Source: Azolla caroliniana
Lineage: Eukaryota; Plantae; Polypodiophyta
Direction: 5' to 3'
Length of the DNA: 64,000 nt
Assembly (NCBI GenBank): GCA_043228905.1
Contig: JBHGNT010000005.1
Span: forward strand, 9,362,001 to 9,426,000
Shown: positions 1-12,140 of the stretch, piece by piece
Layout: each line of letters begins with the position of its first letter
Numbering within the stretch: the first letter of the stretch is position 1
Program-made: the position numbers and the translations under genes
The notes under the pieces: model-generated
What the model was told of the DNA's origin: nothing
Database searches by the model: none
What the model saw: the letters and a program-made list of their open reading frames with translations, nothing else

Positions 1-3000
1 ACTGTAGATCATCCCTAGAGCTTCTCGTTCCGTAGTAGAGTAGTTCCGTTCTGCTTGGGATAGCTTCCGGCTGGCATAGTACACTGGCCGGTACTACTTT
101 GGTTCCGTAAGCTGCATCAGTACACTTCCGATTGCGATGTCGGAGGTGTCCACGAACACGTGAAATTCGTTACTCCAATCCGGAGGCTGCACTACCAGTG
201 CCTGCGACAATAGTACCTTGAGGGCCTTATACGCCCTATCCTCAGTGTCGGTCCACTGGAATGGTGTCCGATGTACGGCGGCATGCAACGGTGTAGCTAG
301 GTCGGCCAAGTATCAGAGCATCCAGCTGTGCCACCGGATCTGGCCTAAGAAACGGCTTAATGCCTTTGCCGTTACCGGCGCCGGTGCTTTTAATATGGCT
401 TTCACTTTGTTCGGGTCGACTGCAATACCTTCCTAGCTCACAATATGTCCTAATAAAGTTCCACTGGACACGCCAAATACACACTTTGCCGGATTCAAGC
501 TTAGCCGGTACGCTCTACACTTTTCTAGACAAAGACGGAGGTGCTGAAAATGGTCCTCCTCCCGGCTATAGACGGCGAAATCGTAAAGGAAAACTTGCAT
601 GAAAGTTGGTATATATTCACCAAAGACTTCCATGATGATTCGTTGAAATGTTGTCGGTGCCGTTTTGAGTCCGAACATCATCACCACGGCCACAAACACC
701 CCCCATTCGGTGACGAATGCCGTTTTCTCTTGGTCATCGGGGTGCATCCGGATCTGATTATACCCGTTGAATCCGTCTAGGAAGCTATAGACCTCATGGC
801 CGCCGACGGCATCAAACACTCCATCTGTGAACGGAAGTGGAAACGCATCTATTACCGTAGCCGCATTGAGTTTCCGGTAGTCTACGCAAACTCGAATTTT
901 TCCGTTCTTCTTCGGTACGACTACGATCGGGCTCAGCCATGTCGCTTTCTTTACCGGACGGATAAAGCCAACTCTTAGCAGTTTGTCGATTTCCTCCTTG
1001 ACCTTGGCGGCATAATTGGGATTCATCCGGTACCGTCTTTGTGCCACTGGTTTTGCATCCTTGCTCAAGTGCACTTGATGCTGGTATAACTGAGGGTTGA
1101 GACCTCGCATGTCTTCGTATGACCAGGCGAATACATCGCGAAATTCCGTGAGAAGTGTGATCATCGTCGTTTTGTCTCCGGACTTCATCTCCTTGGCGAT
1201 GTGCACCGGTTTTGCTTCGTCCGTGGTCCCTAAATTCACCTCTTCTAGTTGCGATGCTTTTACGCGCTGTGAAACGGCCATTTCTCGTTCCAACGCTTCT
1301 TGCGCTTGTCGTAACTCCCGGATTGCGTCTTTATCCGGTTCTGCTTCAGCCTCTTCCGGTTGCGGTAAGTATGGTGCTACTGCTTCGGCAATGTCAATTT
1401 CGAAGTGGGGTATGATCTTCGGGTTTTCCTGCAGGTACTGAGCTTCTTCTTCGTCCGCTAACCCTTCTAGCATGTTGACGCATTCGGCATATAACGGTGT
1501 ACATTCCTTGCCAGTGCTCGTCCTTGGCTGTGTTGGTACCCGTACCTTGGCTTTTCCTCGCCGGAAGGTAATTATATTTTTTCACCAATTCTGTTTGATA
1601 TGTGCCGTTTTCAACCATGGCCGCCCCAGCAATAGCGGGTATGCGCCTTGTGCCTGTAATTGTAGCACTACGGCCGAGATGTGAAATGTATGACCGTCGA
1701 CGGTGACTTCTAATTTCCGTATTAATCCTGTTGGCCGCACTAAGCTTGTATCGGCCATCCGCAACCAGAACGGACACGGCTCCCACTCGTGGATTCCTAG
1801 GTCATCACACGTCTGGAGGCTTATTACATTCACCCCAGAGCCTCCGTCTATAACTGTGTCGGGGAGTTCTTTCCCTTTTTCAATGGCAGTGATTACAGAA
1901 CTGCTGGTGTCCACCACCGTTGGTCCCTCCTCCGGATTCGAGAAGAGTACCGGTGCCGGTGATGGTTCTCCTGCCGTCATGGTCGTCTTCAGTCCTTCCG
2001 TGAATCTTGGCACGAGTTGTAGGAGTCTTCCTAGTGGTAACGTAATCTGGCATTCTTGCAACGCCTGCCATGTCTCGTTCTCGGAGTGATTACCGCCAGC
2101 AAGCCCTGCGGTGTTCTCATTTTGCCGTTGTAAGTCTGTGACATTCTGCTCGTTTGCTTTCTTTACCCATTCCGTTGCTTGTTTCCGGATGGTCTCCTGT
2201 GTCTCCCATTCTTTGGCCATGCCCTTCGACCTTGTGGTCACCTGCTGCAGATCTGCCACCTCAGGGACTACCATATTTACCGCCGGTCGTTTTTCATAGC
2301 TTTTCACCAGGCATTGGTTACTATAATGGCCTTCCTGTCGGCAATAGTAGAAGTAGGCCTTCCGGGTATTGCTAGATTCGGCATTGTCTGTTGTACCCGG
2401 GGTAGGTCCTGTGGTACGCGCGGGGTTTTGTACCGGTTGGCTGCTTGGAGCTCCTTGTTCCGGATCCCGGGGGTAGCCGCCTTTTTTAAAATGCCGTTTT
2501 TTGTTATAGCTCTTCTTATTACGGTACTCTTGACGGGGTTGCCCGTTATATCTGCCGTATTCCTCCCGTTGCTGACGATACCCGGGGGAGTGCTCCCGGT
2601 CGTAATGTTCGTATCGTCTATTGTAATCCTGGTACCGATCATGCCGGTCATAGTTATCCCGCCGATCACTGTACCGGACATCATTTTCCCGTCGATCGCC
2701 ATACCGAACATCATTTTCCCGTCGCTCGCCATACCGGACCCCGCCGGTCGGTCACAGTCCATTCGCCGCCAACGTTCGTCTTCTTCATCCCGGCTACTGC
2801 GTGGCTCAATTTGTCGGACGGGCGGTGCTTGCCGATTCAACAGATTATACTCGCACCTATCTGTCGTATGGCTCTTGGATTGACAGATTACACATTGCGT
2901 CCTCATAGTGCATTCTAGAGCCGAGTGTCCGGAATTCAAGCAGGTTGTGCACTGTATTGCTTGCCGAAACCGGAGGTCTTCATCGGACGGTAACGCCTGT

Positions 3001-4118
3001 TGAAGTGCTCCCAGTGTGAGCCAGGAGCTTGTCTTTTCCATCTCTCTCACCCGGTCAATGACCTGGTCGATGGTACTTGTGCGGAAGTCGATTACCGTGC
3101 AAACCGTGCGTAGGGGTTCCCGGAGCGCGTTTAGGAATATAGTCCGTAATTCCTCTTCCAGGGGTGCGCGGGCAAGCTGACTATGCATCCGTTGAAACCG
3201 GATGACAAATTGGGGAATGCTCTCCCCTGCCTCTTACCGGATGGTATAAAATAAGCCTACCATTACGGTCTGGTCCACCTCCTTTTGAAAAAAATGCAAG
3301 AATTTAGCTTTTAAATCTGCAAAGGTGTTGATGGTAGACAAGTCCTGCGTCCGGCGCCATCTTGCTGCCGGTCCCTCCAATGTGACGCCAAATTCCGCTA
3401 TCTTAGAGCATTCTTCTTCCTCCGGTGTCAATCGCTGGGACACATGGTTGGCTTCCCATGTTTGTTCAAAGGCGTGCACATGAGCTTCCGCGTCCGGATC
3501 ATCTCTATACTTGGAGTACTGGAACGGCATGTCCTCGTCCGGTATTGGTGCGCGGGCTGGCAGTGTTGGTGCTCGTTCCGGAATCTTCTCCGGTGTCGGT
3601 GGTCTTTCCCGATTTGTTTCCGGCGTCGGTGGTTTTTCCTCTTCCTTTGGTGACGGAGGCCTCTCCTCTTCGACTTCCGGTGTTGGAGGTCGCTCTTCCT
3701 CTGCTGGTTCCGGGGGTTCCAGTGTTAGCACTTCCGGTTCCGGTGTCGGTAAGGTATCTGATCCTTCGTCCTCCGGTCCGCCCAGGGTTTCGTTGCTGCT
3801 ACGGTAGTTCGTGTGCACGCTGTATTCCCCTTCGGAGTCCGATTCATATGCTGAAAAGGCTTCTGCTTCGCCTTCTCCGTTTGCCAACGCGTGGAGAAGG
3901 GATTCGGTTTCCCGGAGGCTGCTTAGGCTGCTGTCGTCGTCCGGGTGCGATGTTTGCTGTAACCAGAGGGAGTCCTCCGCTACTCTCCGGATTACGTTGG
4001 AAAACGAGCGATCCGCTCTAATTTCCTGCGCCGCTTGCTGGAAAGCCTCGCGTCTCCTTTGCCTTTCGGCAAGGCGTCGAGTTCGATCTGTAACCAGGTC
4101 GTGCGTTGATCTAGACAT
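1..4118 (-). pseudogene. Disrupted gag-pol polyprotein of element A
   Basis: ATG at 4118 (MSRSTHDLV). ORF pieces 3234-4205, 2304-3188, 1582-2307, 433-1473 and 94-309 are broken by frameshifts and stops; gag and protease are one reading frame in the homologous element E. Confidence 0.88.
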
Positions 4119-4153
4119 CCATCTGTGCCGTCGTTCGCTGCAAAAACAGGAAT

Positions 4154-4164
4154 CGTGGTCGCCA
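4154..4164 (-). other. Primer binding site, tRNA-Arg type
   Basis: TGGCGACCACG is complementary to the ...GUGGUCGCCA 3' end of plant tRNA-Arg and lies a few nt inside the LTR end. Confidence 0.7.
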
Positions 4165-4169
4165 AAAAC

Positions 4170-4577
4170 TGTGTTAACTCTTCGGGTCGGACAATGGCCT
4201 AACACAGGGTGTCTACGGGAGACACTTCACCAAAGGGTGTTACGGCAACCGGATTCTACTTCAACGCTTAATCCGACTTAATTAAGTTACTTATTAGGAT
4301 CGTCTTTCATAACACACGTAAGATATAACAATTAAGACAGAACGGCAATTAACACAGAGAGATAACAACGCTTAAGCTTTCATTAATTAATCGCTCACTA
4401 TTACATTGTATCCGGGCCTTTAAATAGGTTTCCGGTCTGTATTACAAAACGGTGCCATCCGCACCTGTTTGGGATCGGTCTGGATCCGGAACGGCATACC
4501 GATTCCGGTCCGTCCGTCCACACTCATAGCTTAATTACAACCATATTCCAACTACTCAATTAACTCTCCGTTTCCCA
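4170..4577 (-). repeat. 5' LTR of element A
   Basis: Ends ...GTTAACACA just before the PBS. TATTTAAA box near 4420. Shares motifs (CCCTTTGG(T/A)GAAGTGTC, AGACAC) with the element E LTR. Outer end approximate. Confidence 0.7.
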
Positions 4578-5014
4578 CTCTGGACTCCTTTGTCGGCCGG
4601 TAACATTGCAATGCTACAATGGTTGCTTCAAGTTGTTGCACGCGTAACGGTAGCTCCCCATGTTGTTGTTGTAACTCCCCATATTGTTGTTGCGCTTGCT
4701 GCTTTTCTGAAGAAATTTGTTGAAGATCCCCCAACAGTCGTTGATTTTCTTGTTTCAATGCGACAAACCTTTCTTTCAAGCAATGCAGCTCCGAGAAAAC
4801 ATATTGGTATTCTTGAGCACTAACAGTTGCCATAGTATTGGAGGAAGGAAGGATAAGAAGATTAGCATGAAGGGAAGGAGGGATACGAAGTTGAAGACCA
4901 ATTCGGTTCAAACTGTCAGGGATAGTATTAGAGGCAAGGAGAATTGGTACTAAAGATAGAGGAGGAGAATGAGGATTAGTACTAAGAAGGGAAAAAGTGT
5001 GTGAGAATCACGAG

Positions 5015-5070
<56 letters not shown>

Positions 5071-5394
5071 TGACAACAAGAAGTATATTATATTATATGA
5101 AGAAAGATACAAGAACATCTAGGAGGCTTAAGACTGGTGTTGAACCAAATTGGTTCTCAATAATGCCATGTGCCTCTTTTTATAGTGTGCTTAGGAGTAC
5201 TCTTGACATTTCTAGAATGTTTTCTAGAGAAATCTAGAATATACATGGATTTCCTAAGTGAAATAATAAATGAAAACAATATTCATATTGCAATGTATAG
5301 CTTAATGGAGGGTTTCAACCCCCGTGACACAAGGTCACGGGTTCAAATCCTAGGGTTTAACCCCTATGAAGCCATACCATGCTATATCATGACA
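4578..5394 (-). mobile_element. Tcn1/Tf1-like chromovirus-type Gypsy: 5' LTR (4914-5394), self-priming PBS and start of gag, interrupted by element A
   Basis: TGTCA...TGACA termini at 5394/4914; TATAAAAAG at 5184-5176; coiled-coil gag N-terminus (MATVSAQEYQ...PTKESRV) cut at 4578; PBS complementary to the LTR R region rather than to a tRNA. Clade inferred from the priming mode. Confidence 0.75.
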
Positions 5395-7113
5395 GCCCCA
5401 TTATCTCCCATCTTTACACAGCCATAGTCACCGGTTATGTAAGATGAGAAACATTCTCTTGAGGGAGTTAAATGGAATGATGCATTAGAGTCAATCACCC
5501 AAGTGCACTCTTCATTTGAGAGGTTTGCACTCGCTTGCTCGCAAATGAACAATAGCTCTTCTTCACTTGTAGCCACGTTTGAAGTGCCCTTTTCCTTAGA
5601 GATCTTTTTGGGTTTAACATCGTTTAAGGCACCTTTGTCTTTCTTAAGGTGTCAACAATCCTTCTGGTGTCCAGGTTTTCCACAGTAGAAGCATGTGAGC
5701 TTTCCTCTAGGCTTGGACCTGGCATGAGACTTGTCTCTCTTATGTGGAATTCTCTGCTTGCTTCTTCCTCATACAGAATGTTGTGCCACATTTGCCTCCG
5801 ATTGGGACATGACACCCTTGTCCTTCCTTCTTGTCTCCTCGTTTAGGATACTTGTCTTCACCACTTGTAAGGACACGTTTTCTTCTTGGCACGAGGTACT
5901 GAGAGACACCACCAAGTTCTCCCAGTTGTTTGGTAGGGTACATAGCAACAGTAGAGCCTAAAGAGCGTTGTCACGGGGAAACTTGGCTGCGTTAAGTTGA
6001 TTTACTAACCCCATGAAGGTGTTGATGTGTACTACTATGCTCTCTCCATCTCTGTACTTGAATCTTAAGATCTTTCTCATCAAAGAAGCTTTGTTGAGGG
6101 CATTTTTCCTCTCATACAACCATGATAGTTTGTGCCACATTTCGTAGGCGTTTGTGTCATTAGCCACATGTTGTAGGACACTCACGTCTACAAACTGTCT
6201 GATGGTGGCCATTGTCTTCCTATTCAGGAGTTTCCACTTGAACTCCAACACCCATGTGGGTGTTCCACTCCTATCTATGGGTTCGTACAAGTCTTTGACT
6301 ATCAGGAGATCTTCCATTTTGATCTTCCAGATCTTCCATTTTGATCTTCAAGTCAGAATAGTTGTGTGAGCTCAGAACTATCATTCTTGGGAAACCGCTC
6401 ACACCTCCTTCTATTCTTGCACCTCAAGCTCTGATACCAAATTTTTGAGAAATGGACCATAGACAGACAAGAAAGATAGACAGAAATGTACAAAGCAAAA
6501 AACAAAATACACAGTACACAAGATTTACGTGGAAACCCTAAACAAAGAGAAAACCACAAGGCAACAAACTTTTACTATGAAGAAAAAAAGGAGTACAAGA
6601 GAAAGGCTACAAGTATCTACTAAACAGAGTATTCACCCCTTAGGGTTTTGGCACGTTCACCTCACTTTCCTACTCTCATGCTCTCTCTCACGTTTCACCT
6701 TTTCCTTATCTCTGTAGCACTCTTTCTACACTTAACTATCTACACAATTCTACAACTTCTGCACACCTTCTACACACAAAGTTTTCCCCTAGCTTCACCT
6801 ATTTATATATGTGTAATAAGTCATTATAATAATAATAATAATAATAATAGCAATCAATAGGGGAGTGGTCAACTCGATTGTTCGACCCACAAATCGACGG
6901 TCTAGTCGATTCGACTAGCCGACTCTTTCTGTTGACTATCCATTCAAGCCGACTAGTCGGCCTTGTCTTCGACCATCCGATCGGCCCGACTAGTCCACCT
7001 ATTGTAATTGACTTGGATCAACCATCCAATACAGTCAACTTACTGGTCGAACCAACGGATCAACCAAAATTCGGTTGTCGATTTCTCCCATTTGGAGGGA
7101 CAAGATCCTAACA
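5395..7113 (-). mobile_element. Ty1/Copia 5' part (LTR, PBS, decayed gag-protease), interrupted by the chromovirus-type element
   Basis: PBS TGGTATCAGAGC (tRNA-iMet) at ~6428-6439; LTR ~6446-7113 (TGTTAGGA...TCTCA); gag MEDLLIVKDLYEP...NKASLMRK, CCHC knuckle, protease WVIDSNASFHLT. Confidence 0.85.
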
Positions 7114-7312
7114 ACTTACCATCGACTCTAAGTTACTTTCGACTCTGACTTACCTTCAACTCTAAAGAACAATCAACTTTAAGGAGCCTTCAACTCTCAA
7201 GAGCCTCTGAATCAGAGTCTTCAAGTTTAACGATCTTTCAACTCTAATGAGCCTTTAAGTCTAATGAGTTTTCAACTCTAACAATTATTCAACTCTAACG
7301 AGCCTTTGAGTC
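7114..7312. repeat. Degenerate ~17-bp tandem array (AACTCTAANGAGCCTTY, ~11 copies)
   Basis: Visible periodicity of AACTCTAA...GAGCCTT. Confidence 0.65.
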
Positions 7313-7369
7313 ACCCATCCTTTATGGTTCAAGTCCTCGGTTGTCCTGCTCAAGTGGCACACGTACACG

Positions 7370-8390
7370 CATAACTTCACGACATCGTCGTTTGAATAAA
7401 GTCACAATCAGAAATAGTTATCCCATACCTCGAGTAGATGATTTGATAGATCATCTACAAGGAGCTAAATACTTTTCAAAGATTGATTTGAGAACTGGTT
7501 ATCCTAGATTAAAATTGCCGAACATAATATTCCAAAATCAGCATTGTGTGTGCACTATGGCCATTATGAGTTTTTAGTCATGCGTTTTGGTTTGACTAAT
7601 GCTCTGTCTACATTCCAACAAGAAATGAATGATATGTTTCGAGATCAAGTCGAGCAATTCATCATTGTATTTTTGGTTGATATTTTTATTTATAACTATT
7701 CATTAGATGAACATGGTAAACGTGTATGTTTTGTCCTCCAAACATTACGTGACAAACAATTTTATGCCAAGATATCAAAATGTGAATTTTTCAAGTGAAG
7801 TCAATTACGTATCTTGGACATTTGATCATTGAACATGGTGACAAATTTGATCCTTCTCGAATAGAGAAAGTCTGTGGCCTACTCCTAGAACCATTCATGA
7901 GCTATGTTCATTTTTAGGTTTGGTGGGGTTCTTACAAAATCTATTGGTAATTACTCCCAATTGACTACATTGTTTAAAAACCTTTTAAAAGGTCAAAATA
8001 GTCAATCTACAAAAGCAATCCCTTGGAATGATCATTTAGATAAGTCATTTAGAACACTAAAGAACATGTGTGGCAGGCTCCTTCACTTCTCTTACCATAC
8101 CCATCTAAACCTTATGAGGTTGAGACTAATGCAAGTGATTATGTGGTAGGGGTAATCTTGTATCAAGATGGCAAACTTACTCCGATAAACACTTCATCCT
8201 CGAAAGGAACCTTTTACATTGCTAACGGTTTGCTCTATCGCAATGGAAAAGTTTGTGTCCCTAATTTGCTTAAGGCAAGAAAGAAAATTCTTTTTGATAC
8301 ATCATACACTTGTTCTTATCTCTAGTGAATTTTTTTGGCCTAAAATGTGTCCTAATGTTGAAGATTACACCCATACTTTACCGATATGAG
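7370..8390 (+). mobile_element. Decayed chromovirus-type Gypsy RT/RNase H relic
   Basis: LNKVTIRNSYPIPRVDDLIDHLQGAKYFSKIDLRTGY; YGHYEFLVMRFGLTNA; YEVETNASDYVVG; many stops and frameshifts. Confidence 0.8.
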
Positions 8391-8569
8391 GACCCAACGC
8401 TTCATTGTCAAAATATCTGTAATTGGTAAGAATGACAATCGTAGGACTCTTTTCCTCACTCATGCTCACAGCATTGATAGAATCAGAAATCCGGAACTGT
8501 CAAGAAAGATTGTCTGTTATAGCTTGAATTGTTTAAACAAAGAGATAGGTATATGGATGGCATCAATCA

Positions 8570-8900
8570 CAGTAAACATGGAATATACAAGACGATTATA
8601 TTCTGCAATAGATTGAATCGTTTAAATGTAGGGACAAGAATATGGCATCAATCACAATTAACGTGGAATATACAAAAGATTTTATTCTTTAAACAAACTT
8701 CAGCAAAAATACATTCATCAGATGGCTGCATTTCATTTTGGATATAGTAAACATGAAATATACATGACATTATTATTTAAACAAACTTAAGCATAAATAC
8801 ATTCAGCACATGGCTGCATTTCACTTTGTATATAGTAAACATGAAATATACAATACATTATTATTTAAACAAACTTAAGCGAAAATACATTCAGCACATA
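8570..8900. repeat. ~88-bp tandem repeat (3-4 copies) downstream of SERINC
   Basis: AGTAAACATG(G/A)AATATACA...TTTAAACAAACTT...AATACATTCA recurs at ~8571, 8660, 8746 and 8834. Confidence 0.7.
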
Positions 8901-9048
8901 GCTTGTCCATGCAAGTAGCATTTCATTTTTTACATAGCATACAATTGCCACTCTAAAAATAGATTTTTTGTCTTTGGAAAGATAGTAAAGCCATTATACC
9001 CCCATAAAATTTTAATGAAACCATATTGAGTTTGACCTCAACCTAAGT

Positions 9049-11597
9049 TCAGTAGAATTCGCGATCAGGGAATATGATGGGTGCAATCAGAGACCAAATG
9101 AATAAACCTGCAGTGACCCATTGGGTGGCAATGCGAACCCAAACAGATGACCATCCAACATCAATAAGCTCTTGGCCATCAGTTCGTGCATTCGTCCATC
9201 CTGTCAAAAGCATAGCAGAATACATGCTTGCAAGTGCAAATATCAAATGGAAGAATGAATATACATAAGTAACAGGTTTTGGATCAGTCTTCTGATCTTT
9301 ATCTTCAACCTCTCCCCCTTGCACAGGTAGCAGTGGCTTTTGAGCACCTATAAGACCGGATAGCGATGGTTAAAGAATATTAAAAACTGTTTTTAACTAT
9401 CTCGTGCTATTTGACTCACATTAAAATTGGTATTACTAGCTCTTAAAAATGTTAAAGATCAGCACTAACTAAAATTTGTTGAAGTTAATTACTATGCTCA
9501 ATCTTTGTTTTTACCTGCCCTCGGAGAAGATGGAGGTGAAAGAAGTGCTGTAGATGATCCTGCACGAACAGCAGAATACACAACAGACAGCACAGTTGTA
9601 ATCAAACCAAGAACGAGGGTACCAGTTGACACCGCTTTCACATGGTTATGTAGCCCATTGCACTCATAATCACGAGGCTCACTAGATAAGCCAGAGTAAC
9701 ACAAGTATGCACAGTAAAGAGAAATCACTGATGCCGGGAGTATACTTCCACTGACCTAGAAAAACTCCAACCATAAATAAGTCAATAATCAATATAGCAA
9801 CAGTTGGTGAAGTAGTTGCTTGATAAACATGAGATTACCTTAGGATGCAATGAGATGATTGTGAAAGCGAAGGCAAGGAAAAGAGTTACTACAATGAAAA
9901 ACTGATTCAATTGGCAATCTTGCCCAGACACTATGAACCAATGGAAAAGGAATCCGACAAGGGTGAATGCACCAGCATAACAAAAAAGAGATGCAAGAAG
10001 CAAGGCGACACACCTGCAAAAGGACACAGGAAATCAAATTGATTACTGCCCAGACATCACGTGATAATGATTCAATAGATAGTGAAAAAACGTGTACCAA
10101 AATTTCTCATCTTTTTCAACCCATGATGCATTCCACCCATGTGTGAAATCCAGCAAGAGAATGACCTGGATGAGCAAAAATAGCCCCGAACCAAATTTGG
10201 AAACAGTCTCTGTATGGTGAACACACATACAATGAGCATTCAAATCTCTGAACAGAAGTAAGTTTTTCATTTAAAAAAATTTCTTGAGTTTGGACGCATA
10301 CCATATGCATAGATTGCTCCATTGGGAAGGAAAAACATTAGAGCTACTAGGACACACCAACCAATAAACTTCAGCGACCAACCCCCATGGTGCCAGGAAT
10401 CTCGTGTGTCATTCTGATCTTTCACTCCAATCATAAGGATTGAAAATAGTGAAAAGAAGAGGAAGTTGCCGAGGGTGACACGCACCACCGCTTGTGTTTC
10501 AAACCATTCTTTATCTGGGACATGTGCAAATGTATTGATCCCTGGAAAAGAAGATGAACTTCATGAGGCTAGACATCTACAAATTCTAATCTAGCCAAAA
10601 AAGGATATCATTTGTGATCCCTCAAATCATATAGACATCTGCCTGAGTGAGGCATGGAAAGAAGCACAATAGGATGAATCGTAGTTCGTGATTATTATGT
10701 AGATAAGCCCCTGTGAGCTTAGAAACATTGACAAAGAAGTTCAGAGATCTCTTCGATCATTCACCTTTGGGCAAATTGCAACCATGTTTTCTTGATCTGC
10801 AAATCATGATGGTATAGTGAGGTATGTCAGAGGAAGAAGGTTACCTGACATCGTAGTTAGTGCTTCTTGGACAATAAGCTTTATTTGCACTACCTTTCAT
10901 AAGCCAAATTTGATGTTCATGGTTACAGTTTGTAGGAAAATAAGCATTTCCTAAGGTTATGGTTTCCCAGAAAATGTCATCTTGCATGATTGTTGATAGA
11001 TAAACTCGACGTACATAGTTAGGAATTCTCAGAGTATAAGCCTTTTTCATGATTGTTTCTCAACCAAAAAAAAATCACGTGGTTATGATTTTTGTATTAA
11101 CTTGCAGTAATATTTCCACGGCAAAATGCAAATGACCAAGGTTAGGCGTTCATGATAGATTTGTGTGATTGAATTCTATAATCGACTGTGATTGCTATAA
11201 TTAGGGACTCTCAGAAAAGATAAAGTTTGCGTGATATTTTGTTTAACCAATCACGATGTCCAAAGTTAGGGGTACTCAGCAAAGTAACATGCTGTGCAAG
11301 TTTCTGTTTTTTCGGAACCACGAGAGATGTTCATAGAAAGTGTCTCTCAGAGATAGAACATTCATATAAGAGAGAAAAAACATAGGCAGAGAGAGAGAAA
11401 GTAAGCTTACATGGCAACTTTTCCATGAGAGGAGCCGCAACTTCTCTGAAGATGAGTGCGACGATGAGGGACAAAGTGAAGAGGCCACAGTAAGCGATAC
11501 GAGCAGATCTGCGGCTGATACCTCCAGCGACTGTTCGGCAAGCCTCGCAGGCACAGGAAGCACAACAAGAAGCCAAGCAGGAGGCCATGATTCCCAT
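9049..11597 (-). CDS. Serine incorporator (SERINC/TMS membrane protein), 6 coding exons
   Basis: Exons 11597-11411, 10541-10302, 10209-10098, 10013-9839, 9755-9515, 9347-9049 with GT-AG introns. MGIMASCLASCCASCACEAC...SRRSARIAYCGLF; WHHGGW; YSFFHLIFALASMYSAMLLTGW; ...FPDREFY*. Confidence 0.93.
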
Positions 11598-11794
11598 CGC
11601 AGAGAAAAAGCAGTCGCAGAAAACGGGGAGAGAATACACAGAGAAACGATGGATGGAGGAGAAGACAAAAGACGAGGAAAAAGAAAATGCTCTTTCGACA
11701 TAAAACTATAGAACTACTTATATATATATATACATATGTATATTATATATATGTCCCGATTGTTTATATTATTTACGTCTCTGGCTTGTTTTTA

Positions 11795-12140
11795 TCGGTT
11801 TGGTTCAGTTTGGGGTGAACGGTTCCGTTTGATCCGGTTAAAACAGTTTGATGGTTTGGGGTTGTTGGTTGATTGTTTTTTAATATTTTTTTAAACAACC
11901 TTTTCATTTTTAAGCCTAATTCTGACATTTTAAGAAAAATCTTTAAAATTTTGAAATAGTGAAATTGAAATTTGACTTTTTGACCTAACTTGAAAACTGA
12001 AATCGAACCACCAAACCCGTGGTTTTAATGGTTTGGATTTTTTGTAACAGTTCGATTAAAACAGTTTGGGTTTAAATGGTTTTGTGGTTCGGTTCAGTTC
12101 AAGTTTCAAATGTTTTAAACGGTTCAAAACCGAACCATTG
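11795..12140. repeat. GGTTCGGTT/AACCG-rich MITE-like repeat upstream of SERINC
   Basis: Clustered CGGTT, GGTTC and AACCGAACC motifs typical of MULE-derived non-autonomous repeats; termini not resolved. Confidence 0.4.

Larger units (their letters stand above)
1..4577 (-). mobile_element. Ty3/Gypsy Athila-like (non-chromovirus) LTR retrotransposon, element A; 5' part only, runs off the window start
   Basis: 5' LTR ~4170-4577, PBS TGGCGACCACG, then gag (CCHC knuckle), protease (IDGGSGVN), RT (WLSPIVVVPKKNGKIRVCVDYRKLN, FLYDF) and RNase H (FHVFVDTSDIAIGSVL). Closely similar to element E at 26163-34909. Confidence 0.93.

Noticed and set aside
7114-7312. Regular short repeats considered as a CRISPR-like array
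   Set aside because: Degenerate head-to-tail units without unique spacers, eukaryotic context, no cas genes.
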